A DNA stretch of 64,000 nt from an uncultured Methanosarcinales archaeon (GTDB lineage: Archaea; Nanobdellota; Nanobdellia; Woesearchaeales; GW2011-AR9), in NCBI GenBank assembly GCA_964343575.1, contig CAYFJV010000001.1, forward strand, positions 1 to 64,000, in the 5' to 3' direction. Under the pieces are notes generated by a model, which was not told where the DNA came from, ran no database searches, and saw only the letters and a program-made list of their open reading frames with translations. Made by a program: the position numbers and the translations under genes. Below, piece by piece: positions 49,014 through 59,116 of the stretch. Numbering within the stretch: position 1 is the stretch's first letter; each line of letters opens with the position of its first letter.

Positions 49014-49112
49014 ATGAAACAAATAAGATCAAAAAAAGCAATTCTTTTGTACTTGTTTTTTGTATTTTTGCTAGTTGCAACGGCTTTTGCAAGCTATACC
49101 TGGAGCGGTTAG
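49014..49112 (+). CDS. 32-aa single-TM micropeptide (absent from ORF track)
   Basis: MKQIRSKKAILLYLFFVFLLVATAFASYTWSG*; AATAAATA about 22 nt upstream. Confidence 0.4.
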   Translation: MKQIRSKKAILLYLFFVFLLVATAFASYTWSG

Positions 49113-49147
49113 CTTCCCTTCTCTTTTTTCCTTCTTTTGTTTTTTCT

Positions 49148-50209
49148 TTACACCCCTAGAAGATCTGCTGGGAATAAGTCCTGTCTGAGGATGAGGTAGA
49201 CAAAGAATAAGATCATCATAAGTGTTGCTTCATCTTTTTGTAATTCTTCATGAGTGTATAAGAAATAATAGAGAAGCACTGCAGTTGCTATCTTTATTGG
49301 AAGATCATAAATGATAACTACTTGGGGAACCGTGTAGGTAGAAATCATTGCTCCAAGTCCAAGAGCAAAGAGAGGATTGGTGATATTGCTCCCAATGAGT
49401 ACTCCTGCTGAGATGTCTTTTTTTCCTTTGATGATTGCTGCAACTGAAGTGCTGAGCTCTGGTAGGGCTGAGGCAATGCCAAGCACAATGATGCCAAAGA
49501 AGGATGCACTAATATTGCTGTTAGCGATAATGTGTTCTGAGAGCTTTAGGAGGAGTTCTGTTGTTACGCTGATAAGCGCAAAGGCGACAAGAATGACAAA
49601 GATTGCGCTTCGAAGTTGTCCTTTTGTAAGGTGATACTTAGCAAGTATCTGGCTTTTTTTGCTTTCTAGTACACTTGGATTCTTTTTTTGTCCTTTGGTT
49701 CTCCTGCCATTTGAGAAGGGAAGGTTTGGAAGTGTAGTCCCATTTTTGATGAAGATTAAGTAAGCAATGTAAGCTAAGACTAGAAGTGCTCCTTCAACTC
49801 TGGTGATGAGTCCACCGAAAGAGAGCACCCAAAGTAAGAGTGCAGCAAAGAGGAGTCCACCCATTTCTTTGTTAAGATCTCTCTTGTAAACAGTGATTGT
49901 TCCGATGAGAGCTACTAGAGGAAGCACAAAATTCTGTTGAAAAATGTCTGAGCCAATGTTGGTTCCCACAACTAATGAGGAGAGTGTGTTGAGTGAGCTT
50001 GAGTTATGGACAATATCAATACTAGCTACAACGTGGGTGAGAATTTCTGGAAGACTGGTTCCAATGGAAAGAATAGTAAGGCCAATGAAGGTTCCTGACC
50101 AGCCGTAGTGGTCTGCTATATCAATTGTTTTTTTAAGCGCTACTTCTGCGAGGATAAAGATGAGTATTGCTCCAAAGAGGATTCCTAAAAAACTGAGTGC
50201 TAGCGCCAT
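49148..50209 (-). CDS. Na+/Ca2+ antiporter (CaCA, YrbG-like)
   Basis: Alpha repeats GTSLPE..GTNIGSD and ASALPE..IGSNITN. Confidence 0.9.
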   Translation of the reverse strand: MALALSFLGILFGAILIFILAEVALKKTIDIADHYGWSGTFIGLTILSIGTSLPEILTHVVASIDIVHNSSSLNTLSSLVVGTNIGSDIFQQNFVLPLVALIGTITVYKRDLNKEMGGLLFAALLLWVLSFGGLITRVEGALLVLAYIAYLIFIKNGTTLPNLPFSNGRRTKGQKKNPSVLESKKSQILAKYHLTKGQLRSAIFVILVAFALISVTTELLLKLSEHIIANSNISASFFGIIVLGIASALPELSTSVAAIIKGKKDISAGVLIGSNITNPLFALGLGAMISTYTVPQVVIIYDLPIKIATAVLLYYFLYTHEELQKDEATLMMILFFVYLILRQDLFPADLLGV

Positions 50210-50277
50210 TCCATCACCTGATTTGGGAAGGATGGAGACTTGGCTTAAAATGCTTTTGTTTGAATCAAGTCTGTTTC

Positions 50278-51018
50278 TCAGAGCTCACCTTTCAAATAGG
50301 CCTTTCTTCTTCTCTCTGGAAATTTTTCAATAGCATAGCGAAGCATGGTCCTTGGCATCGTTTTGTAATGTTTTTTAAGAAACTCTTCTTCAACATTTCT
50401 GTCACGGTTACCAATTTCTCGAAGCATCCAACCTACTGCCTTATGGATAAGATCATGCTTGTCTTTGAGTAAGATCTTTGAGATTTTTATTGTGTCATCG
50501 TAGTCAAAATGCTTGATGAAGTTGTAGGTGCTTATTATTGCGATTCTTTTTTTCCACAAATCTTTGCTTTTTGCAAAAGTGTAGAGGATCTCTTTTTGCT
50601 TTCTTGCTCTGCCATGCAGATAACCTCCAACAATATGATGAGAAGTAGTATCAATGAGGTCCCAATTGTTAATCCATTTGGTGTTGTTGAGGTAGAGTTT
50701 GTAGATTTCTTCTTGTTTTTTTTCTTGTACTTTCTTGTCTTTTTCTTTTTTCTGGTATTTGTAAATGAGAATAAACAGGGCGGTGAGACGTTGCTCGTGC
50801 CATTTGCTGTGCAGCAATTTTTCAGTTTCTTTGATTGTGAGCAGATTTTTGTATTTTTTAGCTAGCTTTCTTTGCTCTGGAACTCTGATTCCTAAGAACT
50901 GATCTCCTTCTCCGTATTCTCCAGGACCTGTTTTGAAAAACCAGGCGTTACAGGCTGCTCGCTCTGGATCTTTTTTGTTTTGGAGTTCAGTTTGAATCTC
51001 TTTGAGATGGCTGCTCAT
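50278..51018 (-). CDS. alkD: DNA alkylation repair protein (AlkD family)
   Basis: FFKTGPGEYGEGD.FLG..VP, NNWDLID, KAVGWMLRE and MPRTMLRYAIE. Confidence 0.9.
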   Translation of the reverse strand: MSSHLKEIQTELQNKKDPERAACNAWFFKTGPGEYGEGDQFLGIRVPEQRKLAKKYKNLLTIKETEKLLHSKWHEQRLTALFILIYKYQKKEKDKKVQEKKQEEIYKLYLNNTKWINNWDLIDTTSHHIVGGYLHGRARKQKEILYTFAKSKDLWKKRIAIISTYNFIKHFDYDDTIKISKILLKDKHDLIHKAVGWMLREIGNRDRNVEEEFLKKHYKTMPRTMLRYAIEKFPERRRKAYLKGEL

Positions 51019-51089
51019 GGTGGGGAGATTTTTTTAGAGCTTAAAAATGTTGGGAAGATTTAAAAAGAGGACACAAAGCTGTAGCTTTT

Positions 51090-51371
51090 ATGGAAGCACA
51101 AGAATTAAGGAGAATCTTTGGGAATATTCCAAAAGGAGCGCTAGAAATGAGAGCTTCTGCTGATGGACGAGCAGCAAGAGAGGTTGCTACTGGAGAAGTT
51201 CATGGTTATGATGTTGAGTTTAGAAGGATCTTTCCAAGTGGATCCCCTGACGCAATAGTTTACTCTCTTTTGGTACGTCGAGGGGAAGAAATAGTTTATA
51301 ATAAACACTCCAATAACGGAAGGGGAACTTACCTTCTCTTGAGAGACTTGGTAGATCCTGTTTTTGACTAA
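51090..51371 (+). CDS. hypothetical protein (Lys-poor orphan)
   Basis: 93 aa; 2 K versus 11 R; TTTAAAAA upstream. Confidence 0.6.
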   Translation: MEAQELRRIFGNIPKGALEMRASADGRAAREVATGEVHGYDVEFRRIFPSGSPDAIVYSLLVRRGEEIVYNKHSNNGRGTYLLLRDLVDPVFD

Positions 51372-51460
51372 TTTTTAATAGTTCTTCTTTTTTACTCAAC
51401 CAAATCTTTTTGTCTACTCTTCTCATAAATTTTAAAAAAGGGCGATTTTCTGGAGACCTC

Positions 51461-51781
51461 ATGAAAAGAGAAGATCAAAGGATTTTAGGAATTACTGTAG
51501 ACCAATTATTGGAGAGATTAAGCAATGTTGATTCTTCTGATTGGGTTCAAGCGAGAAATGATCCTCCGGGAAAATTCTTAGCGGTGACTTCTGTACTTGC
51601 AACTCTTCCAGAAGGTAATATCGTGGAGGTAAGAAGAAGAGCCCAGGGAACAGGTCAAGACCCAGAATACCGTATTGTTGTTAATGATGAATATTGTTCC
51701 CCACAAATGAGTTTTTCAGGTAGAGAATATTCTAGAGTTCCTGACTTTGTTGAAGAACTTTTTGGAACTCTTTATGGATAG
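51461..51781 (+). CDS. hypothetical protein (Lys-poor orphan)
   Basis: 106 aa from ATG 51461; 2 K; TTTAAAAA upstream. Confidence 0.6.
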   Translation: MKREDQRILGITVDQLLERLSNVDSSDWVQARNDPPGKFLAVTSVLATLPEGNIVEVRRRAQGTGQDPEYRIVVNDEYCSPQMSFSGREYSRVPDFVEELFGTLYG

Positions 51782-51807
51782 AAGTGAATTGGGAGTTAAC
51801 TAAACCT

Positions 51808-54717
51808 TCACTCAATCAAAATCCCGACTTTCCCAGGCATAGCTGATTTTGCCTTTGGATGATCACTTTGATCTGCTGCAAGCACTTCCACAGTGCAGCC
51901 AAACTCTTTTTCTAAGAATGCTTTTGCTGATTGCATAGTTGCAAGTTCTGCTTCTTGGCTGGTTACTACATGAGGCAACTTACTTGGATCTTTAATGAAG
52001 CCGCCGATCATTTTGCTGACTTCCTTGCCTTTTACTTTGAAGTCTTCGTGTTGCATTACCTTGCGAATGATCTCTCCAAGGTTTCTTGTGATCTTAAGCT
52101 CACTCTTCACGGTTTCAACGAAAGGATAGAGCCATTCTTGCGCCGTAAAGAGCGTGAACTTGCTTGGCTTTTCAAGTTTTGCAAGCTTGATCACATTACG
52201 CATTCCTTGCATAGTGTTTTTGATCATCTCTTCTTGAGCCTGCGCGCTTGCACTAACTTTGGCTTCATCTGCTTGTGGCCAAGAGCTGGTTGAAACAAAG
52301 TCTTGTCCTTCTTCTCTTAAGCTGTGCTGCTCTGCGAGTTCTTCAGCTAAATGTGGAGTTATTGGACAAATGAGTTTTAGCCACTGTCCTGCAAGCTCGT
52401 TAAGAGTTGTTTTGTTTGCCCCACCCCTTCTTAGGTACCATTTGAACAACTCTGGGATTGCAAAGTAAGACTCTGAAGCTAGCTCTCTTAAATTGTAACG
52501 GGTGAGCGCTTCGTTGATTTTTAGCAAAGACTGGTTAAAGCTAGAAGTCAGCCAGTCGTCTAATTGGCTTTCTGTGTTTGTTTCAACTTTTTTGATATCT
52601 TCAAAGATGGAAATTATTTTTTCAAGAGCGTTTTTGTAATGAAGAACGGTCTCTTCGGTCCAAACCACATCCACATGAGGGCTCCCAATATGTGCATAAT
52701 AAAGGCGCATTGCATCTACACCATACTTTTCAATCGCACCAGGTATTGGCTCTGCACCACCTTTACTCTTGGAGATTTTTCCACCCTTTCCTGTAACCCA
52801 CCAATTTACTAAGATCCCTTTAGGCCATTTATCTGCAGGTAAGATCCCTACGTGGTTCATAAGAAATACCGGGAAATGCACTGTTTTATGCTCCTTTCCT
52901 CCAAGGTTAATATCAAGCGGATAAAAGTAATCAAAATCTTTTTTTGCTTCTTGCCAGATCTGGAACTTATCTTCTGTGATGTTTTGCGCTTGTTTTTGTT
53001 CCTCTGTTGGTTCTTTTCCTAAGAAAACATAATCAAAGAAAGCTTCGCTAAGGTCTTTTGTAGTTAGCTGTTTGCTGTTTGTATATCTTGAAATGACATA
53101 GTAAGCCGGATAAAGTGTTGAGTCGCTGATTGGCTCTACTGTCCACTTGTCATCGTAAGGAAATTTGCTCCCCATCCAGTTCCCGAGCCTTGCACAAGAC
53201 CTATCTTGGAACCAGTCAAGTACAGAAGGCATTTGCTCAGCGTATTCTTTTGGATAAATGCTCATATGTGGAACATGTCCTTTACTCTTCTCAGTTACAT
53301 CGCTATCTGAATATTTGATAAACCACTGATCATCAATTCTTTTAATGAACACCTTCCCACCATTTCTACAAATCACTTCTTCACTAAGATCATGGAAGAT
53401 TGTAGCTTTTCCTTCTTGGAGAAGATCAAGTTTCATAGCTTCTTTTGCTTGTGCTACTTTCATGCCGGCGTATTTGCCGCAGTTTTCACGCATAATTCCT
53501 GAGTGAAAGCCAACTTTGTAGATCTCTTTGGTTGCTTCATCAAGCTTTTCTTTGTCTTCTAAAGATTTGATGTTAAGTTTTTCACTGATCTCTTTTGCAG
53601 GAAACTCTTTGTAGCCCTTTGATTCAATGATAGGGATTAATTTGATCTCATCTACAATGTTAAGGTTGATTTTGAGCATTGCAAGGTTTTTTCTTCCTTG
53701 GCTGTTCTCTTCTTTGAGTGTTTGTAAGGCAATATAATCATAAGGAGCATCACTTGGAACACAGGTAACAATGCCTGAACCAACTGTTGCGCTCACAAAA
53801 CTTGCAGGAAGGATTGGGACTTCTCTCTCAATTCCAGGAGCTAAAGCAGTTTGACCAAGAAGTGTTTTTGGGTCAATATCTTCTTTGATGATAACATTAT
53901 CAATTTGATAGGTGATCTTTTCTGCAGCCTCTTTGCTCATGATCCAGTGTTCATTTTCAACTTGTACTCTGCAGTACTCTGCTTCTGGGTTGATCCATAG
54001 ATTTGTTTGCCCGTAGATGGTTTCTGGTCGCAAGGTTGCAGCAACAAGATAATCTGGATTGTCACTATTGGCGTGAAGCTTGAACTTAAGAAGTGTGTAC
54101 TCTACTTTTTCTGCATTTCCTCCTTTACTGATGTCTGTCTCTGAAGGATCTACTGCAACTGGTCCACTTTCATTAGAGAAGGGAGCGTAGTAGGGTTTTT
54201 GTACCAGAAGATTTTTTTCTTTGAGTTTTTTGAACTGCCACTGAATAAACTTTTCATAATCTTTGTAAGTAGTACAAGTAAATGCGCCCCAGTCTGAGAT
54301 AAAGCCGAATTTTTTCCAATACTCTTCTACATAGACTCCATTGAAATAGTCAATGATCTTTTCTGGAGTTTCCATATCTTTGAGCTGACTGTCTGTGCAA
54401 CCGTTGTTTTTCAGATAAGTAATCCATTTCTCATCTTTGTTCTTTACTTTTTTAGCAAAGGCAAAGGCATGGTTTCCACTTGCATGAGTTCCTACTGGAA
54501 AAAAGACTTCTTTGCCTTTCATTCGTTCTAAGCGGCAGATAGCATCAGTATAAGAAAAGCCACGCATATGTCCAACGTGCAGAAAACCAGAAATGCCCGG
54601 GTAGGCAAAAATCATCATAAACTTTTCTTTGCTCTCATCTCTTTTGGCTTTGCCAAGCTCTGCTTTTTGCCAAGCTTTTTGCCATTTTGTTTGCATATCT
54701 TGCCAGCTGCTTTCCAT
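51808..54717 (-). CDS. leuS: leucine--tRNA ligase (archaeal type)
   Basis: HVGH, ATLRPET, GIVTCVPSDAPYD, KISKS and C-terminal AMPGKVGI. Confidence 0.96.
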   Translation of the reverse strand: MESSWQDMQTKWQKAWQKAELGKAKRDESKEKFMMIFAYPGISGFLHVGHMRGFSYTDAICRLERMKGKEVFFPVGTHASGNHAFAFAKKVKNKDEKWITYLKNNGCTDSQLKDMETPEKIIDYFNGVYVEEYWKKFGFISDWGAFTCTTYKDYEKFIQWQFKKLKEKNLLVQKPYYAPFSNESGPVAVDPSETDISKGGNAEKVEYTLLKFKLHANSDNPDYLVAATLRPETIYGQTNLWINPEAEYCRVQVENEHWIMSKEAAEKITYQIDNVIIKEDIDPKTLLGQTALAPGIEREVPILPASFVSATVGSGIVTCVPSDAPYDYIALQTLKEENSQGRKNLAMLKINLNIVDEIKLIPIIESKGYKEFPAKEISEKLNIKSLEDKEKLDEATKEIYKVGFHSGIMRENCGKYAGMKVAQAKEAMKLDLLQEGKATIFHDLSEEVICRNGGKVFIKRIDDQWFIKYSDSDVTEKSKGHVPHMSIYPKEYAEQMPSVLDWFQDRSCARLGNWMGSKFPYDDKWTVEPISDSTLYPAYYVISRYTNSKQLTTKDLSEAFFDYVFLGKEPTEEQKQAQNITEDKFQIWQEAKKDFDYFYPLDINLGGKEHKTVHFPVFLMNHVGILPADKWPKGILVNWWVTGKGGKISKSKGGAEPIPGAIEKYGVDAMRLYYAHIGSPHVDVVWTEETVLHYKNALEKIISIFEDIKKVETNTESQLDDWLTSSFNQSLLKINEALTRYNLRELASESYFAIPELFKWYLRRGGANKTTLNELAGQWLKLICPITPHLAEELAEQHSLREEGQDFVSTSSWPQADEAKVSASAQAQEEMIKNTMQGMRNVIKLAKLEKPSKFTLFTAQEWLYPFVETVKSELKITRNLGEIIRKVMQHEDFKVKGKEVSKMIGGFIKDPSKLPHVVTSQEAELATMQSAKAFLEKEFGCTVEVLAADQSDHPKAKSAMPGKVGILIE

Positions 54718-54817
54718 GGCCAAGGGGGTTGCTTAGAATTTTATAAATATTGGGGTCTTTCTTTTTGAACTCGTATTCTTGGTAAGCTTTTTAAAGGGGC
54801 AATCTCCGGAAGGGTTT

Positions 54818-55561
54818 ATGTATCAATGTGTAGACGACCCAGTACTCTCTGGCTATGTTCGAGATAGAATCATTGCTAGTCCAGGTTATCGATTTGTTCA
54901 AGAGGTTGAAAGAAGATTCCAAGGTGTGGATCTTTTCTTTTGGGGTGGAGCGGTTCGTGACCCAATCTTAGAAGGTTTGGATGGACAGCACAGACCAATT
55001 TATGATATTGATGTTTTGGTAGATGATTCTGCTGGAGATGTTGCTCTTGCAGAGCGTCTTGAGGGTGTTGAGGGGAAAGTTGATTATAACCGCTTTGGCA
55101 ACCCAAAGTGGAGACCTCTTCCTGATGAAAATTTTGATATTGATATTGTTCCTCTGAGTAGGACAAACTTGACTCATTTGGATCCAAGTCGTTATCCAAC
55201 TTCAATTAGAAACGCTATTGCAGGTTGCGATCTTACTACAAGTGCAATTGCTTATGATTTACAAACAGGTGTAATTCATGACCACGGTGCGCTTGCTGCC
55301 CTTAAAAGAGAAGAAGTAGGAATTAACTATGAACATGCAGACAGGCCACACGTTTTAATGACCCGTTTGGTTTTGCATGCGGATAGATTTGGTTTTGGTC
55401 TTGATCAAAGTGCTAGGGAGTTTATTGCTGATCATTATGATCCTAGAAGAACTCCAGGAGAAGTAGATGTCTACCTTAGAAAGAAAACAGGACTTTTTCG
55501 GCATTTGCCAATGGTCTTGAGAATCCTGAAGGGCTGTTCTTACGCCGTTGCTGCAAAATAG
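54818..55561 (+). CDS. class II nucleotidyltransferase head domain (CCA/poly(A) polymerase-like), divergent
   Basis: WGGAVRD..YDIDVLV, NRFG, DIDIV and CDLTTSAIAYD. Confidence 0.7.
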   Translation: MYQCVDDPVLSGYVRDRIIASPGYRFVQEVERRFQGVDLFFWGGAVRDPILEGLDGQHRPIYDIDVLVDDSAGDVALAERLEGVEGKVDYNRFGNPKWRPLPDENFDIDIVPLSRTNLTHLDPSRYPTSIRNAIAGCDLTTSAIAYDLQTGVIHDHGALAALKREEVGINYEHADRPHVLMTRLVLHADRFGFGLDQSAREFIADHYDPRRTPGEVDVYLRKKTGLFRHLPMVLRILKGCSYAVAAK

Positions 55562-55565
55562 TCCT

Positions 55566-56231
55566 TTACTCTTCCTCTTTTCTGATTTTTTTCACAATTT
55601 TTGGAATGAGTAGCGTGAGTATAATGAGAACAGTTGGGATAATAAGCGCAGTGAGCCCGTTTTGAATCTGGCTTCCAAAGTAAACAAAAGTAAAACTTCC
55701 TACAATGTTGGTTAAGAAGGTTGCTGATACGAAATCTTTGAGTTTAGCGCTGTGCACAAGTCCGGCAGCATAACTGAGAGGCATGTAAGGAAGGTAGAGT
55801 AGGCGTAGTATGAAAAAAGTTTTAAAGCCGTTAATCTCACAATGATTCTCACACTTCTCTACAATGGTTTTGATGAATTTATTGCTGAATTCTTTTCTTT
55901 TTTTGCCTTTGAGCTTTCTTGCGAAGAGAAAAGCAATTGTTGCTGCAACTGTGGCTGCAATGACAACGTAAATTGTTCCCCAAATAACTCCAAAAAGTAC
56001 TCCACCTGCAATCGAGAACAGAGATGCTGGTAAGAGAAGAAGAAGAGCAATGATATAGATGATCATAAAAATAAAGGGAGCTGCCATTCCAAATTGGTTG
56101 ACAAAGGATTGGATGCTTTCTATGGTGATGTAAGATCTTAATGATGTGAAGAAGTAGATGTAGGCAAGGGTTAGGAGGAGGAGTGAGAGAATAATGTATT
56201 TTATCGCCTTCTTTCTCTTTTCCTTTTGCAT
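55566..56231 (-). CDS. TVP38/DedA (SNARE-associated) membrane protein
   Basis: LLPAS..SIAGGVLFG..WG, LRLL..PY..LSYAAG and F..ATFL. Confidence 0.9.
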   Translation of the reverse strand: MQKEKRKKAIKYIILSLLLLTLAYIYFFTSLRSYITIESIQSFVNQFGMAAPFIFMIIYIIALLLLLPASLFSIAGGVLFGVIWGTIYVVIAATVAATIAFLFARKLKGKKRKEFSNKFIKTIVEKCENHCEINGFKTFFILRLLYLPYMPLSYAAGLVHSAKLKDFVSATFLTNIVGSFTFVYFGSQIQNGLTALIIPTVLIILTLLIPKIVKKIRKEEE

Positions 56232-56316
56232 GTTTTGAGGCTTTTTTTGCTCTTTATTATGTTTTGCTTTTCTTTGTTCAAAGAAGTTTTTTAAAAGGGA
56301 TGAAAATTTGGGGTTT

Positions 56317-56706
56317 ATGACATTTTACCTAACTCCTGAAGTTTCAGTTCCCATAGCCTTTTGTGACCTTGAAGGGAGGCCTCTTTCTTGTTCTGGTGTA
56401 CAAATAGTTTCTGTTCTTGAACATCTTGCTTCTGAGGGTCAAGGAACATTTATGAGGGAAGGTGATGATTGTGCATTGCGGGTGGGAGTTAAAGATCCTT
56501 TTGTAGAAGGGAGTTATATTCTTGCAGTAGGAAAACCACCTGTTCGAGAGATTGATCTTTCTCAAAGTTATTTGGGAGTAACGCTTGTCCATTATCGCTG
56601 GGAGGATTTTTTTGCTTCTGGTGCAAGAGTTTCTGAGAGGAAGATAAGAGATGAGCTTTCAAAGCTTGCCCAAAGAATTAATCTTGAACTCTCTTATGAT
56701 GCTTAA
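56317..56706 (+). CDS. hypothetical protein (orphan)
   Basis: ATG ORF after TTTAAAAG; 4 K. Confidence 0.6.
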   Translation: MTFYLTPEVSVPIAFCDLEGRPLSCSGVQIVSVLEHLASEGQGTFMREGDDCALRVGVKDPFVEGSYILAVGKPPVREIDLSQSYLGVTLVHYRWEDFFASGARVSERKIRDELSKLAQRINLELSYDA

Positions 56707-56775
56707 ACTCCTTGTCACTGCCCACTGGTCAGCTTGAGCTTAGCTATTTAAAGCTGAAAGTGGCTTTCCTTTTCT

Positions 56776-58728
56776 ATGAATATTGAGGATCTTGGCTTGA
56801 GCTCAAGGGTGAGAAAGCAGCTTTTGGAGAAATGTTCTGAGAAAGAGCTTTGCAAAGCACTTTTAGAGCTCGACTTTTCTTTTCTGAATGATTTGGAGTT
56901 AGATTCTAAGGTTGAAATGCAATTGATAAGAAGTGCTTATGCACAAAAGTATGGTTTTTCTTTTTCTTCAGACCTTTGTCAATCCCCTCAGGTAAAAAAG
57001 ATTCAGAAAGAGATCTTAGATTCCATTCGTAAACGTTGTGTCCTTTCTTCTACTAAAAAAAAGCTGTTGCAGTTTTTGCCAACGCAGGATCTTGAAGAGA
57101 TTAAGAGGCGCCAGGAGCTTGTTAGTGCTGCAAAACAGTTTTTTCTTTCTTTGTCTCCTGAAAAGGTTGGATCGCTTCGTTCTTTGTTGTTGCAAGAAGA
57201 TTGTATTGTAGATGGGGAGCGAGAGATTGTTTATCTTTGTGATGAAGATGAAGTCTTTAAAGCTTTTAATGAGAAGATCCCTGCAAAATTTTCCTTCTTT
57301 GTGCTTGGTCAGCTTTTCAATTTTAGAAGGTATCAGGATGCTCCTCTTGTTCGTTATGTGTATACTATTGAATCTAAATTTGTGAGTGAACTTGAACAGC
57401 ATGAGAACGTTGAAGCAGTAGCTTTCAAGCAAGATTTTTTTGCAGTGTTTCCTGAACTTTTTGTAGCTGAATTTGCGAAGAAGAAGAATTTTTTGCAAGC
57501 TGCAATTGATTGTTCTAAGCTTTTAGGTGAGAAGGACGGTTCTTTGACAATTGAGAGGGAGAAGGTTGAAGAAGTGCTTGTACTTCTTGAAAGAATAGAG
57601 AACTTTTCTGGACAAGAGTTTGACCTTGCTGATCTAGAAGCTTTCTTGGAGCAGTGCGTTGCTTTGTTTGAGGAGAAGCTTTCTGCAATGAACATTAATG
57701 GGATGGAATTGTTGAAGCTGCTGCGATCAAATAGTTCTGATTCTGTGATTCATAAGGTGCTTATGGAAGTTGAGCTTGCCATGCGTGAAATTGATGAAGA
57801 AAAAGCAGGGTTTGTGATTTTTTCTGCTTATCCACTTGAGCTTAAGAAAGAGAAGGTTTTGTTACTTGAGAAGCAGTCAGCAACTGAGCAAGCCAAGAGG
57901 CGTTTTGCTTTGTTTGATAGATTTTATAGTGGGCTTGGGGGAGATTTTTCTTTGCTCAGAGAGTGTTGTGCTTATTTGGAGGAACTTGATTTTTTGCTTG
58001 CTCTTGGCCAGAGCTTTGCTCGGCACAGTAGCCCTTTAGTGACTTGTAATAGGTCAGAGAAGTTTTCTTTTAAGGGTTTGAAAAGTAGGGCTCTTACCGA
58101 GAATAATATTGCTGCTGTGCCCATTGACTATTATATTGATAGGAATCAGACCATTGTGACTGGCGCAAACTCTGGGGGGAAAACTACGCTTCTGAACTTG
58201 ATTGTTGAGACTCATCTTCTTGCTCTAATGGGTTTTTTTGTTGAAGGAGAAGTGAGTGTTTCTTTTTATGATGAGATTCATTATTTTAAGAAGTCTTCTG
58301 GAACTATGGGAAGCGGAGCTTTTGAGACGACACTAAAGTCTTTTGCGCAATTATCTGCTGGAAGGGCCGGTAAAAGAATTCTTGTACTTGCTGATGAGAT
58401 CGAAAGCATTACTGAACCAGGCGCTGCGAGTAAAATCATTGCTGCAACGCTTGATTGGCTTACTCGCGGGAAGAATGTTGATGTTATTTTAGTGAGCCAT
58501 CTTGGTGAAGTTTTGGCAAAAGAGTGCCCTCGTGCTCGCATTGATGGAATAGAAGCAAAACAACTGGGGGATAATTTGGAGTTAGTTGTAGAGAGAAACC
58601 CTCGTATTGGTTACTTGGCCAGATCAACCCCACAACTTATTGTTGAGCGTTTGAGTAAAAAACATGAGATGGGGATTGATCCTGAGGAAGGATACTTTTC
58701 TTATTTACTTGAGAAAATGAAAACATAG
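56776..58728 (+). CDS. archaeal MutS-like ATPase without mismatch-binding or Smr domain
   Basis: TGANSGGKTT, GSGAFETTL, LADEIESITEPGAA, VSHL and ARSTPQLI. Confidence 0.85.
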   Translation: MNIEDLGLSSRVRKQLLEKCSEKELCKALLELDFSFLNDLELDSKVEMQLIRSAYAQKYGFSFSSDLCQSPQVKKIQKEILDSIRKRCVLSSTKKKLLQFLPTQDLEEIKRRQELVSAAKQFFLSLSPEKVGSLRSLLLQEDCIVDGEREIVYLCDEDEVFKAFNEKIPAKFSFFVLGQLFNFRRYQDAPLVRYVYTIESKFVSELEQHENVEAVAFKQDFFAVFPELFVAEFAKKKNFLQAAIDCSKLLGEKDGSLTIEREKVEEVLVLLERIENFSGQEFDLADLEAFLEQCVALFEEKLSAMNINGMELLKLLRSNSSDSVIHKVLMEVELAMREIDEEKAGFVIFSAYPLELKKEKVLLLEKQSATEQAKRRFALFDRFYSGLGGDFSLLRECCAYLEELDFLLALGQSFARHSSPLVTCNRSEKFSFKGLKSRALTENNIAAVPIDYYIDRNQTIVTGANSGGKTTLLNLIVETHLLALMGFFVEGEVSVSFYDEIHYFKKSSGTMGSGAFETTLKSFAQLSAGRAGKRILVLADEIESITEPGAASKIIAATLDWLTRGKNVDVILVSHLGEVLAKECPRARIDGIEAKQLGDNLELVVERNPRIGYLARSTPQLIVERLSKKHEMGIDPEEGYFSYLLEKMKT

Positions 58729-58781
58729 ATTTATTTTACAAAATCATAAGGATTTTTAAAAAACAAAGGAGTGGTACTTTT

Positions 58782-59093
58782 ATGGCAAAGGCAATCAGGA
58801 TAGATCATATTGCAATTTACTTTTCAGATATGGAGGAAGCCAAGAAGTTTTTTTTAGAAGGTTTGGGTTTGCAAGCCTGTGGCGAGTATGGTGACGAGTT
58901 TTTTATGAGTGTGGGCAGCCAGGTTCTTGCAGTGTTTAAAGGAGAGAATAAGAATCAGACCATAAATCATCTTGCCCTTAAAGTTGATGATTTTGAAGGA
59001 GTTAAGCGTCGGCTTGAGGGATTGGGATACAAAATTTATAAGAATGATATGGTTGATGGACCAAATGGAATAAGAATACAACTTGTTGCTTAG
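58782..59093 (+). CDS. VOC/glyoxalase family protein
   Basis: IDHIAI..AKKFF..GLG, NHLALKVDD and GPNGIRIQL. Confidence 0.88.
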   Translation: MAKAIRIDHIAIYFSDMEEAKKFFLEGLGLQACGEYGDEFFMSVGSQVLAVFKGENKNQTINHLALKVDDFEGVKRRLEGLGYKIYKNDMVDGPNGIRIQLVA

Positions 59094-59116
59094 CTTGCGC
59101 CTCTTTAGTTTTTCTT

